A stretch of 42,246 nucleotides of DNA from Myxococcota bacterium (GCA_036336835.1 JAYZFK010000013.1:1-42246), one strand, 5' to 3'; counted from the first letter of the stretch, positions 1 to 9,198 are shown. Notes: generated by a model not told the origin, from the sequence alone. Numbers and translations: made by a program.

Positions 1-230
1 TAGTAGATGCCGTAGTCCTCGATCCAGGGGACGCGCTCGATGAACTGGTAGCCGCCATCGACCAGGTCGTAGTGGGTCCAAAACGGGATCGAGAGGACGA
101 ATGTGGTCCCGGTCGCGCCGAAGCCCAGGACCTGCCAGACGCGTCCCGGGAGCCACTTCCCGCTGCACGACAGCAGCAGCCCGATCGCCAGAGGCAGGAA
201 GATCACCACGCTGAGCGAGCTGGTTTCCAT
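1..230 (-). CDS. nuoM: NADH-quinone oxidoreductase subunit M, N-terminal part (runs off window)
   Basis: Manual translation from ATG at 230: METSSLSVVIFLPLAIGLLL...GGYQFIERVPWIEDYGIYY, typical NuoM N-terminus; starts 3 nt after the nuoL stop. Confidence 0.85.
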   Translation of the reverse strand, partial: METSSLSVVIFLPLAIGLLLSCSGKWLPGRVWQVLGFGATGTTFVLSIPFWTHYDLVDGGYQFIERVPWIEDYGIY

Positions 231-233
231 CGC

Positions 234-2270
234 TCAGCCCACCAGATAGAGCAGGATGCCAAGCATCCCGATTAGCATCAGGAACAGATAACCCTGAGTC
301 ATGCCCGAATGCGGCAGCCTGAGCACGCGATGCGCGAGCAACCAGATCGAGCGTGCGGTGCCGTTGACCGCGAGCCCGTCGATCAATCGGAGCTCCACGC
401 CTCGGTAGAGCACCCGATCCGAGAGCACGACCAGCGGGCGCACGATCACGCGCTCGTACAGCACATCGATGAACAATCCGTTGCTGAGCACATGGCCGAG
501 CGTCGCAAGCGATCCCGTCACACGCTCGACGACCGCCGGGTTGCGGACGTAGAGCCACCACGCTCCCGCCGCGCCGAGCGCCCAGGCTGCGACCGCCGTT
601 GCCACGAACCGCCACTCGGTGCCGGCCGACAACCCGTCCCGGGCCCCCGAAACGACCACCGTTCGTACGAAGTTCCCGAGACTGTCGGATCGGTCGATCC
701 CAATCATGTCGCCCCAGAACTGCGACAGCCCCATGTAGCCACCGAGAACGGACAGCACCGCGAATGCATACAGCGGGCCGAGCAGGACATTGCCGGGCTC
801 CTGCAGGCGCGCGCGCACCTCCCGCTCGACGTGGCTCTCGCCCTCGAAGACCAGGAAGTACATTCGGTAGGCGTAGAAGGACGTGAGCAGCGACGTGAGC
901 ACGCCCATCCAGTAGAGCACCCTGTGACCGGTCAGTTCGGATGAGAACGTCGCGACCAGGATCTCGCCCCTGCTGAAGAAGCCTGACAGCCCCGGTGCAC
1001 CCGCAATGGCGAACACGCCGACCAGCATCATCACGCGCACTTTCGGGAGCCGCTTGCTCAGTGCACCCATGCGGAAGAGATCCTGTTCGTGATGTAGAAC
1101 GAGGCTCACAGCACCCGCAGCGAGGAACAGCAGCGCCATGAAGAAGGCGTGCGTTACGACGTGGAACATCGCTGCTGCGTAGGCGCCACAGCCCGCCGCC
1201 AGGAACATGAAGCCGAGCTGCGACATCGTCGAGTAGGCGAGCACCTGCTTGATATCACGCTGGCTGATCGCGATCATCGCGGCGAATAGCGCGGTAAGTC
1301 CGCCGACCCACGCGATCACGGTCGACGCGGCGGGAGCCGCAGCGAAGAGGAACGACAATCGACAGACGAGGTAGACGCCGGCGGTCACCATGGTTGCTGC
1401 GTGGATCAGCGCCGAGGCCGGCGTCGGCGCGACCATCGCGTCCGGCAGCCAGACGTGGAGTGGAAACTGCGCGCTCTTGCCACAGGCGCCCAGGAGGAAG
1501 CACAGCCCGATCACGTCGACCAGCAGCACTTCGTGGCCGCCGGCTCCCGGCAGCCTGAGCGTGCGTTCCGCGATATCTGCGAACGCCGCCTCGATGCCTC
1601 GGAACGAGATCGTGGGTGCCCCCGCTTCCGAGAGGGACCAGAACAGCAGCAGGATGCCCACGAGCAGGCCGAGGTCGCCGACGCAGTTTGCGATGAAGGC
1701 CTTGGACCCGGCGTACGCGTTCTCGGCTTCTCCGTACCAGAAACCGATCAACAGATAGGAACAGAGCGCGACGCCCTGCCAGCCGAGGAACATCATCAGC
1801 AGGTTGTCGGCCAGCACCAACACGAGCATCGCGGAGAGCAAGAAATTGAGATAACAGAAGAAACGCTGGAAGCCGCGATCGTCGCGCGCGTCTGCACGCA
1901 TGTAGCCGGCCGAGTAGACGTGGATCGCAAAGCCCGCGACGCTGACGACCAGGGCCATCACTCCGGACAGCGCGTCGAGCTGGAACGACAGGTCGGCGCT
2001 GAAGGCCGCGGCCCCGAGACCTCCTCCGATCCAGGTGTACGCGGGATCGAGCAGAAACCCGCCGCCGCCCGGCAACGCGATCAGGCTCGAGAATGCCACG
2101 CCCGTGCACAGCAGCGAGAGCAGCGGAGTACCGCACGAAATCGCCACCACCGCGCCCGGCGCGAGCGGGCGGCGCAGGACACCGAGCAACACAGCGTGCA
2201 GCACGGCGGACAGCATCGGCAGCAGCGGAATCCACCGCAGCAGCGGCTCGGCAACGGCGTCTTCTACCAC
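234..2270 (-). CDS. nuoL: NADH-quinone oxidoreductase subunit L (divergent)
   Basis: GKSAQFPLHVWLPDAM, LIHAATMVTAG, AYSTMSQLG motifs; start taken as GTG at 2270 overlapping the nuoK stop. Confidence 0.93.
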   Translation of the reverse strand: MVEDAVAEPLLRWIPLLPMLSAVLHAVLLGVLRRPLAPGAVVAISCGTPLLSLLCTGVAFSSLIALPGGGGFLLDPAYTWIGGGLGAAAFSADLSFQLDALSGVMALVVSVAGFAIHVYSAGYMRADARDDRGFQRFFCYLNFLLSAMLVLVLADNLLMMFLGWQGVALCSYLLIGFWYGEAENAYAGSKAFIANCVGDLGLLVGILLLFWSLSEAGAPTISFRGIEAAFADIAERTLRLPGAGGHEVLLVDVIGLCFLLGACGKSAQFPLHVWLPDAMVAPTPASALIHAATMVTAGVYLVCRLSFLFAAAPAASTVIAWVGGLTALFAAMIAISQRDIKQVLAYSTMSQLGFMFLAAGCGAYAAAMFHVVTHAFFMALLFLAAGAVSLVLHHEQDLFRMGALSKRLPKVRVMMLVGVFAIAGAPGLSGFFSRGEILVATFSSELTGHRVLYWMGVLTSLLTSFYAYRMYFLVFEGESHVEREVRARLQEPGNVLLGPLYAFAVLSVLGGYMGLSQFWGDMIGIDRSDSLGNFVRTVVVSGARDGLSAGTEWRFVATAVAAWALGAAGAWWLYVRNPAVVERVTGSLATLGHVLSNGLFIDVLYERVIVRPLVVLSDRVLYRGVELRLIDGLAVNGTARSIWLLAHRVLRLPHSGMTQGYLFLMLIGMLGILLYLVG

Positions 2271-2584
2271 TTGAGCACGCTGTGGTCCTCGACGTTCATC
2301 GAGTCGCGGTTGCGTACCAGGGCAATCACCATGCCGAGGCCGATCGCGATCTCCGCCGCGGCGACGGTCACCACCATCAGCACGAATATCTGGCCGTCGA
2401 GCGCGCTGCCCTCGGGGTTGGCCGCCCAGATGCGGTTGAAGCCTACGAACGCCAGGTTTGCGGCGTTGAGCATCAGCTCGATCGACATCAGCATCACGAT
2501 CAAGTTGCGACGCGTCAGCGCTCCCACCGTGCCGATCGTGAACAGTACGGCCGACAGCCCGATCACGTGATCGATCGGCAGCAT
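2264..2584 (-). CDS. nuoK: NADH-quinone oxidoreductase subunit K
   Basis: MLPIDHVIGLS...RRNLIVMLMSIELMLNAANL...VAAAEIAIGL...LKW; ATG overlaps nuoJ stop (TGATG). Confidence 0.95.
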   Translation of the reverse strand: MLPIDHVIGLSAVLFTIGTVGALTRRNLIVMLMSIELMLNAANLAFVGFNRIWAANPEGSALDGQIFVLMVVTVAAAEIAIGLGMVIALVRNRDSMNVEDHSVLKW

Positions 2585-3093
2585 CAATCGATCCTCTGCT
2601 TTGCCAGGACCACGGCACCGACCATGGCCGCGAGTAGCAACAAGCCCGCGGCTTCGACCGGGATGACGTAGGCTGTGAACAGCTGGAGTCCAATGTCGCG
2701 GAAGCCACCGAAGCCCTCCGGCAGCTCCCCCGCGTCCGGCAGTCCGGCCGAGACCACACCAGCGATTGCAACACCCAGCATGAGTGCCGCCGCAATGCCG
2801 GCAACCTTGATCGCAATTTGTGGCGGATCGGCGCGGTCGAAGTCGTCGTTGTTCGGGTCGAACAGCATGATGACGAACAGGAACAACACGAGGATCGCAC
2901 CGGCGTACACGATGATCTGCAACGCGGCGATCAGGTGCGCCTCGAGCAGCAGATAGATACCGGCGAGCGAGACCATCGTGACCGCGAGGCCCATCGCACT
3001 CGCGACGACTTCGCGCACGAACAACAGCATCGCAAGTGCTCCGAACACCGCGAGAGCCGCCAGGGCGTAGAACAGGACGACTTCGATCGTCAT
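2584..3093 (-). CDS. nuoJ: NADH-quinone oxidoreductase subunit J
   Basis: QIIVYAGAILVLFLFVIML motif, hydrophobic, immediately upstream of nuoK. Confidence 0.95.
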   Translation of the reverse strand: MTIEVVLFYALAALAVFGALAMLLFVREVVASAMGLAVTMVSLAGIYLLLEAHLIAALQIIVYAGAILVLFLFVIMLFDPNNDDFDRADPPQIAIKVAGIAAALMLGVAIAGVVSAGLPDAGELPEGFGGFRDIGLQLFTAYVIPVEAAGLLLLAAMVGAVVLAKQRID

Positions 3094-3096
3094 TGG

Positions 3097-4251
3097 CTAT
3101 CCGACCTCCCCGAGTAGCAGCAACACACCCGCCGTCGCGAAGATGTTCGCGATCGAGAGTGGGAGGAGCACCTTCCAGCACAGATTCATCAGCTGGTCGT
3201 AGCGGAAGCGCGGAAGAGACCAGCGGATCAGCATCTGCAGCCAGATCATTCCCACCACCTTGGCGATGAACATTGCAACCTGGGCGAGCAGACAAACGAC
3301 GTTGGCGAACGCCTCGCCGAGCAGTGGCGCGATTGCACCGATGATGCGGTCCGTCGAGAGCCAGGGCACCGTCCAGCCGCCGAGGAACAGCGACGTCATC
3401 AGGCCCGCGATCACCGCAATCTCGACGAGCTCCGCTAGCCGGAACAAGCCGTAGCGCATCCCGGAGTACTCGGTCAGGTAGCCCGCGACGAGCTCGCTCC
3501 CGGCCTCGGGCAGATCGAAGGGCGGCCGCTTGTTCCTGGCCATGCTGCAGGTCAGGAACATCACGAAGCCCAGGGGCTGGAGCACGATTCCCCAGTTGGG
3601 GAGCGTGAAGGGAAAACGGCTCGCCCACTCGGGCAGAATCCAGCCGAACACCTCGACGAAACCCATGATTCGGATCGTCGAGTCCTGTGCCGCGGCCATG
3701 TCAGTGAGCTTCAACGTGCCGAACACCATGAAGATGCCGACGATCGAAAGGCCCATCGTGACCTCGTACGAGATCATCTGCGCAGCGGCTCGGACGCCGC
3801 CCAGCAGCGACCAGTTGTTGTTGCTCGACCAGCCGGCGAGCACCGCCCCGTAGGTCGCAATCGACCCGAGCGCAAAGATGTAGAGCACGCCCCAGTCGAT
3901 ATCCGCTGCAACCAGCGACACGGTCGAGCGGCCGAACGTATAGACGCCGCCGTACGGGATCACCGCAAGCGCCGCGATCGCGGGCACGACCGCGATGATC
4001 GGCGCCAGAGCGTGAAGGACGCGGTTCGCCCCGGCCGGAACGACGTCCTCCTTCGTCAGCAACTTCACGAAGTCGGCCAACGGATGGAACAACCCGATCA
4101 GCGTAACGCCGCCGATCGCGGCGCGGTTTCCGCCGATCCGGTCCTGCATCAGAGCGCTCTGCTTGCGATCGACCCACGCGAGGAGAGGCACGCAGACGCC
4201 GACGACCAACACGACCACGAACAGGCACTTGGCGGCCACCAGGAACAGCAC
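3097..4251 (-). CDS. nuoH: NADH-quinone oxidoreductase subunit H (divergent)
   Basis: RK..ALMQDRIG, AGWSSNN, RAAAQMISYE, PFDLPEA.SELVAGY.TEYSG, RWSLPRFRYDQLM; start GTG at 4251 just after nuoG stop. Confidence 0.93.
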   Translation of the reverse strand: MLFLVAAKCLFVVVLVVGVCVPLLAWVDRKQSALMQDRIGGNRAAIGGVTLIGLFHPLADFVKLLTKEDVVPAGANRVLHALAPIIAVVPAIAALAVIPYGGVYTFGRSTVSLVAADIDWGVLYIFALGSIATYGAVLAGWSSNNNWSLLGGVRAAAQMISYEVTMGLSIVGIFMVFGTLKLTDMAAAQDSTIRIMGFVEVFGWILPEWASRFPFTLPNWGIVLQPLGFVMFLTCSMARNKRPPFDLPEAGSELVAGYLTEYSGMRYGLFRLAELVEIAVIAGLMTSLFLGGWTVPWLSTDRIIGAIAPLLGEAFANVVCLLAQVAMFIAKVVGMIWLQMLIRWSLPRFRYDQLMNLCWKVLLPLSIANIFATAGVLLLLGEVG

Positions 4252-4253
4252 GA

Positions 4254-5849
4254 TCAGCCGCCCCCGTCCGCGCTGCGCAAGGCGATACCCTGCTCGCCCA
4301 CCGTGCTGAGATCGATGCCCTCGAACGCAGCGACCGAACGTGCCATCGACTTCGACACTCCGACCGGGTCGTAGCCCCCCTCGAACGACGCGAGGCCAAG
4401 CGCCGAAGCGAGATGTGCGAGTACGGCGCCGGCCTCGTAGGCTTCCCAACCCGGCTCGACCCCCGGCGCAATCGCCTGAACACGGCCCGAGTGGTTGGTG
4501 AACGTGCCGCGCTGCTCGGCGGCGTGGCGCTCGGGCAGCATCGCGTGCGCGACGAGTTCGAGGTCGCTCTTGTGCGTGTCGATCACGATCAACGTGTCGA
4601 GGTCGGCCAGCGCGTCGACGGACCCGAGCAGCCCGGGGTCGAGCAGCTCGCTGCCGACCACGACGAGCGCATCGACTGCGCCGCCGCGGATTCGCTCGAC
4701 TACCTGCTCCGCCTCTGCGAATCCGAGCGCTCGCGCGCCGGCAGCGTTGGGCGCCTTCTCCTCCTTGACCAGTAGCTCATCGGATTCGCCTCGTCGCAGC
4801 GCGACGTAGGCACCTTCTGTCCCGAGAGCGTCCAACATCCGCTTGAAGGTGAACAGATCCTCGTTCGTGCCTCTCGCCGATGCGACTCCCGCCACCACAC
4901 CGGGCCCCTTCACATCGACCACGCGCCGCAGCCGCGCCGCGGCCGCGTCGATCACCTCGCGGTAGGGCCGCGCCACGAGCATACCTTCGGCATCGCGTGC
5001 CAGAGCCTGGTCGAGCCGGTGCGCGGCGCCAACCTCGGCGTACGAGAGCCGGCCCGCGTCGCAGAGCCAGGTATCGTTGACCGCGTCGTTGCGCCGCGGG
5101 ACATGGCGATAGATCCGATTGCTGGCGACGCCCATGTACAGATTGCAGCCGTTGCTGCAGCCGCTACACACGCTCGGCACGTCCTCGAGGTTCCAGACAC
5201 GGGCCTTGAAACGGAAGTCCCGAGTCGTGAGCGCGCCGACCGGGCAGAGGTCGGCCACGTTCATCGAGTACGGGTTGTCGAGCTCGGCACCCGGGAAGAC
5301 GTCGATCATCGAGCGATCGCCGCGCGCGAAGACCGAGAGCTCGCCCGTCCCGGGAACCTCGCGGCAGAAGCGCACGCAGCGTCGACAAAGGATGCAGCGC
5401 TCCTGGTCGAACACGATCGTCGGACCGAGATCGACTCGCTTCTTGGCGGCGCGCTTTGGCTCGCGCGTCCGGCTTCGGGCGACACCGTAGGCGAACGCGT
5501 AGTCCTGCAGCTTGCACTCGCCAGCCTGATCGCAGATCGCGCAATCGAGCGGGTGGTTGAGCAGCAGGAGCTCCATCACTCCCTCGCGCGCGGCGCTCAC
5601 GCGATCGCTGGTGGTGTGGACCACCATGCGATCCGTGACGGGTGTATCGCACGCGATCTGGAGCTTGGAGAAACCCTCGACCTCGACCTGGCACAACCGG
5701 CAGGAGCCGTCGATCGAGAGCTTGGGATGCCAGCAGTAGTGCGGGACGTCGACGCCATCCATCAGCACGCCCGCGGCATCGAGCGCCTGCAGGATCGTCT
5801 GTCCCTCCTCGGCGTCGAACTCGCGCCCGTCGACCGTGAACCGGATCAC
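4254..5849 (-). CDS. nuoG: NADH-quinone oxidoreductase subunit G, short form (~531 aa)
   Basis: HYCWHPKL...CRLC...IAC (2Fe-2S), HPLDCAICDQAGEC, CILCRRCVRFC...CPVGAL, CSGCSNGC...WLCD; GTG overlaps nuoF stop. Confidence 0.92.
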   Translation of the reverse strand: MIRFTVDGREFDAEEGQTILQALDAAGVLMDGVDVPHYCWHPKLSIDGSCRLCQVEVEGFSKLQIACDTPVTDRMVVHTTSDRVSAAREGVMELLLLNHPLDCAICDQAGECKLQDYAFAYGVARSRTREPKRAAKKRVDLGPTIVFDQERCILCRRCVRFCREVPGTGELSVFARGDRSMIDVFPGAELDNPYSMNVADLCPVGALTTRDFRFKARVWNLEDVPSVCSGCSNGCNLYMGVASNRIYRHVPRRNDAVNDTWLCDAGRLSYAEVGAAHRLDQALARDAEGMLVARPYREVIDAAAARLRRVVDVKGPGVVAGVASARGTNEDLFTFKRMLDALGTEGAYVALRRGESDELLVKEEKAPNAAGARALGFAEAEQVVERIRGGAVDALVVVGSELLDPGLLGSVDALADLDTLIVIDTHKSDLELVAHAMLPERHAAEQRGTFTNHSGRVQAIAPGVEPGWEAYEAGAVLAHLASALGLASFEGGYDPVGVSKSMARSVAAFEGIDLSTVGEQGIALRSADGGG

Positions 5850-7141
5850 AGCTCGAAGCTCCCCGCGAAAGGGCACTGGCGCTGCCGCACGTGGGCGTCG
5901 AAGTCGTCCCTGAAGTGACGCAGCAGTCCCTGGATCGACCAGGCTGCCGAGTCGGCGAAGCCACAGATCGCCTGGCCCTCCATCTTGCGGGCGACGTCCT
6001 CGAGAATCGCGATGTCCTTGCGCGTACCCGTTCCGCGCTCGAGACGCTGGACCAGCTTGTGAAGCCAGCCGGCTCCCTCGCGGCACTGCGTGCACCGGCC
6101 GCATGACTCGTGGCGAAAGAACCCGCTGATGATGCAGGCGACCCGAACCATGCAGGTCGTCTCATCCATCACTATCAAGCCGCCGGCGCCCAGCATGGCC
6201 TTGCGCTCGCGCAGCGACTCGTTGGCCATCGGCACGTTGAGCTGGCCTGCGGGCAGGATCGCCATCGACAACCCGCCCGGGATCACGCCCTTCACGCGCC
6301 GCCCGTGCGGAATGCCGCGCGCGTATTCGAAGACGATCTCGTCGAGGGGCGTGCCGAGCGGCAGCTCGTACAGGCCCGGCTGGACCACGTGTCCCGAGAC
6401 GCCGAAGAGGGTCGTGCCCGGACTCTGCTCGGTGCCGAAGGAGCGAAACCAGTCGACACCGTGCTCGACGATGTGTGGCAGGTGGCACAGGGTCTCCACG
6501 TCGTTCACCGTAGTCGGCCGGCCGAAGGCGTGGAGCCCTCCCGGCAGCGGCAGCCGATTGCGCGGCTCGCCCCTCTTGCCCTCGAGCGACTCGAGCAGTG
6601 CCGTCTCCTCGCTGCAGATATAGGCGCCGGCGCCGCGGGTGATGACGATGTCGTGCGCGAAGCGACGGCGCAGGCGGCCCTTGCCGAGGTACCCGGCGGA
6701 CCGCGCCTCTTCGATCGCGCGTTCCATCGCCCTGGCCGCGCGGAAGTACTCGCCGCGGATGTAGAGGAAGGTCTTCTCGGCACCCGTCGCCTTCGCCGCG
6801 ATCAGGATGCCCTCGATCAGCTTGTGCGGCGCGCGCTCGAGCAGCAGGCGGTCCTTGAACGAGCCGGGCTCGGACTCGCCGGCATTGCACACCAGATAGC
6901 TCGGACCGTCGCGCTCGCTCGGCATGCAGCGCCACTTCGCGCCGGTCGGAAGGCCCATCCCACCGCGACTCTGCAGCCCGGACCGCTCGACGAGCTCGAG
7001 TAGCTCGGCGGGCTTGGAGCGCAGCGCCTTGCGAGCCGCGGAATAGCCGCCTCGCGCGGTGTAGCCCTTCAGTGTCGCGAAGGCGTCGTCGCCGCAGTGC
7101 TCGGTCAGGTAGCCCGTCGTATTCGGGATGGAGAGCGTCAC
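5846..7141 (-). CDS. nuoF: NADH-quinone oxidoreductase subunit F (divergent NADH/FMN motifs)
   Basis: ESEPGSFKDR, YIRGEY, GAGAYIC.EETALLESLEG, ESCGRCTQCREG...IC. Confidence 0.92.
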   Translation of the reverse strand: MTLSIPNTTGYLTEHCGDDAFATLKGYTARGGYSAARKALRSKPAELLELVERSGLQSRGGMGLPTGAKWRCMPSERDGPSYLVCNAGESEPGSFKDRLLLERAPHKLIEGILIAAKATGAEKTFLYIRGEYFRAARAMERAIEEARSAGYLGKGRLRRRFAHDIVITRGAGAYICSEETALLESLEGKRGEPRNRLPLPGGLHAFGRPTTVNDVETLCHLPHIVEHGVDWFRSFGTEQSPGTTLFGVSGHVVQPGLYELPLGTPLDEIVFEYARGIPHGRRVKGVIPGGLSMAILPAGQLNVPMANESLRERKAMLGAGGLIVMDETTCMVRVACIISGFFRHESCGRCTQCREGAGWLHKLVQRLERGTGTRKDIAILEDVARKMEGQAICGFADSAAWSIQGLLRHFRDDFDAHVRQRQCPFAGSFEL

Positions 7142-7150
7142 CTGCCCGCC

Positions 7151-7618
7151 CTACTCCAGCCCGTCCAGGATCGCGCTCGCCTTCTCGAAGTCGAGATGCT
7201 CGTGGTCCACCTCGTCGACGCGCATCATCGGAGCCGCGGCGCAGGCGCCCAGGCACTCCTCTCGGCCCAGCGTCAGGCGCCCGTCGTCCGTAGTCTCGCC
7301 AGCGCGGACGCCGAGATGCAGTTCGAGCTGCGCGAGCAGCGTGCGCGCGCCGCGCAGCGAGCACGGCAGGTTCGTGCACACCCCCGCCCGGTGACGGCCC
7401 CGCGGCTCGGTGCCGAACATCTCGTAGAACGACACGACCGCGAGCACTTCGTTGGGGCGCAGCCCGAACAGGTCCGCCAGCTCGCGCGTCGCGTCGGGCG
7501 AGATGTGTCCGTGCTCGCGCTCGACGAGATGGAGTGCCGGCAGGAGCGCACCCCGCCGTTCGGGATACCGGGTGGCCAGCTCGTCGATCTCGGCTCGGAT
7601 GGCGTCCCCGAGAATCAT
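7151..7618 (-). CDS. nuoE: NADH-quinone oxidoreductase subunit E
   Basis: ALLPALHL, VVSFYEMF, CTNLPC...CLGAC 2Fe-2S motif. Confidence 0.95.
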   Translation of the reverse strand: MILGDAIRAEIDELATRYPERRGALLPALHLVEREHGHISPDATRELADLFGLRPNEVLAVVSFYEMFGTEPRGRHRAGVCTNLPCSLRGARTLLAQLELHLGVRAGETTDDGRLTLGREECLGACAAAPMMRVDEVDHEHLDFEKASAILDGLE

Positions 7619-7622
7619 CGAC

Positions 7623-7976
7623 TCACCACTCGAGGGCGCCCTTGGCCCACTCGTACGCCAATCCGACCAGCAGCGGCGCGGTGAACAGCCCGATCGCGAT
7701 CAGCCCGGGGACGCCGACCTCGCGAAAGGTTGCGCCCCACGGATAGAAGTAGACGGCCTCGACATCGAAGACGATGAACAGGATCGCGACCAGATAGAAC
7801 TTCACCGAGAAGCGCTGGCGCGGTGACACGATCGGTCGCTCGCCACACTCGAAGGGCTCCTGCTTCTCGTCGAACACGCGCTTCGGACCGAGCGTCGCCT
7901 GGACGACCATCAGCCCGGCAGCCAGGAGCAGCGCGATCGCCAGGATGATCAGGACGCCGAGGTACTCGGCAAGCAT
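7623..7976 (-). CDS. nuoA: NADH-quinone oxidoreductase subunit A
   Basis: PFECG, FYLVAILFIVFDVE, YEWAKGALEW; ATG at 7976 preceded by GGAGGGG. Confidence 0.95.
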   Translation of the reverse strand: MLAEYLGVLIILAIALLLAAGLMVVQATLGPKRVFDEKQEPFECGERPIVSPRQRFSVKFYLVAILFIVFDVEAVYFYPWGATFREVGVPGLIAIGLFTAPLLVGLAYEWAKGALEW

Positions 7977-8083
7977 GTCGGCCCCTCCGCCCTCGACGGT
8001 CCCGGCAGCGGAGGAGTCGGGCAAGCAGCCCGCCGCAACTGCTTGGTTCCGGTAAAGAAATCGTGTGCGAACCGGGGAGCGGC

Positions 8084-8112
8084 AACGTAGCCAGGGGCCT
8101 GTTCGAGGTCAA
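8084..8112 (-). promoter_or_regulatory. Sigma70-type promoter for the nuo operon
   Basis: TTGACC (8112-8107), 17 nt, TACGTT (8089-8084) on the minus strand about 110 nt upstream of nuoA. Confidence 0.55.
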
Positions 8113-8181
8113 CAATGCGACAGGGCACGAGGCACCGGCGGCGCCTCGCGCGCGCGCGACCTCCCGTTAGAATCCCGACCC

Positions 8182-9198
8182 ATGGCAACCCCCGTGGCCG
8201 TGATCGGTGCCGGCAGCTTCGGCACGTGCCTCGCCATGCTGTGTGCCCGCGAGAACGACGTGACCATCTGGGCGCGCGACCCCGCGGTGGCCAATGCAAT
8301 CAACTCCGAGCGCCACAACCCGCGTTATCTGAGCGACGTCGAGATCCCCCAGTCGGTGCGGGCAACGGCCGACCTGGCCGAGGCCCTCGCCGATCGAGAG
8401 CTGGTGATCTGCGCCGTACCGAGCCACGGGCTGCGCGGCGTAATGGCCGCGGCCGGCGAGCACATCGCAGACGGCGCGATCCTCGTCTCGACGGTGAAGG
8501 GCATCGAGCATGAAACCGGGCTGACGATGCACGGCGTGCTCGAGAGCGTGTTGCCCGAGCAGCACCACCCGCGCATCACCTGTCTGTCGGGGCCGTCGTT
8601 CGCGCGCGAGATCGCGCACCGCAAGGCGACCGTGGTGACCATCGCGTGCAGAGAGGAGACTTACGCCATCTCGGTGCAGGCCACGCTCTCGTGTCCGTGG
8701 TTTCGTTGCTACACCAACGATGACGTCATCGGCGTCGAGCTCGGCGGCGCGCTGAAGAACGTGATCGCGCTCGCCACCGGAATCTCGGATGGAATGGAAG
8801 GCGGCAACAACGCACGCGCCGCCTTGATGACGCGCGGCCTTGCCGAGATCACCAAGCTCGGAATCGCGTTGGGTGCAAAACCGACCACTTTCCTCGGGCT
8901 CTCCGGAATGGGAGACCTGATCCTGACCTGCACTGGTGATCTCTCGCGCAACCGCCGAGTGGGGTTGGAACTCGGTCGCGGACGGCAGTTGCCCGAGATC
9001 CTCGCGTCGATGGGGGAGGTCGCCGAGGGAGTCCGAACGACCCGCGCCGTCTGTCAGCTCGCGGGCCGCACGGGCATCGAGATGCCGATCGCCGAGACCG
9101 TTCGCGCCCTGCTCGACGGCGAGGTCACGCCGCTCGACGCCGGTCTGCAGCTGATGACCCGCCAGCTCGGCAGCGAGCGAGACGACTTCTCCGGCTGA
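8182..9198 (+). CDS. gpsA: NAD(P)H-dependent glycerol-3-phosphate dehydrogenase
   Basis: VIGAGSFG, LSGPSFA, GGALKNVIA, GDLILTCTG.LSRN, AEGV. Confidence 0.96.
   Translation: MATPVAVIGAGSFGTCLAMLCARENDVTIWARDPAVANAINSERHNPRYLSDVEIPQSVRATADLAEALADRELVICAVPSHGLRGVMAAAGEHIADGAILVSTVKGIEHETGLTMHGVLESVLPEQHHPRITCLSGPSFAREIAHRKATVVTIACREETYAISVQATLSCPWFRCYTNDDVIGVELGGALKNVIALATGISDGMEGGNNARAALMTRGLAEITKLGIALGAKPTTFLGLSGMGDLILTCTGDLSRNRRVGLELGRGRQLPEILASMGEVAEGVRTTRAVCQLAGRTGIEMPIAETVRALLDGEVTPLDAGLQLMTRQLGSERDDFSG

Noticed and set aside
2271..2900. Cys/Ser-rich N-terminal extension of NuoL, and similar extensions on nuoK, nuoH, nuoG, feoB, msrB and aat in the ORF track
   Set aside because: They overlap the neighbouring genes in other frames; real starts lie at the coupled start/stop junctions.
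8044..8076. Rex/FNR-type operator in the nuo leader
   Set aside because: AT-rich patch present but no convincing palindrome matching either consensus.
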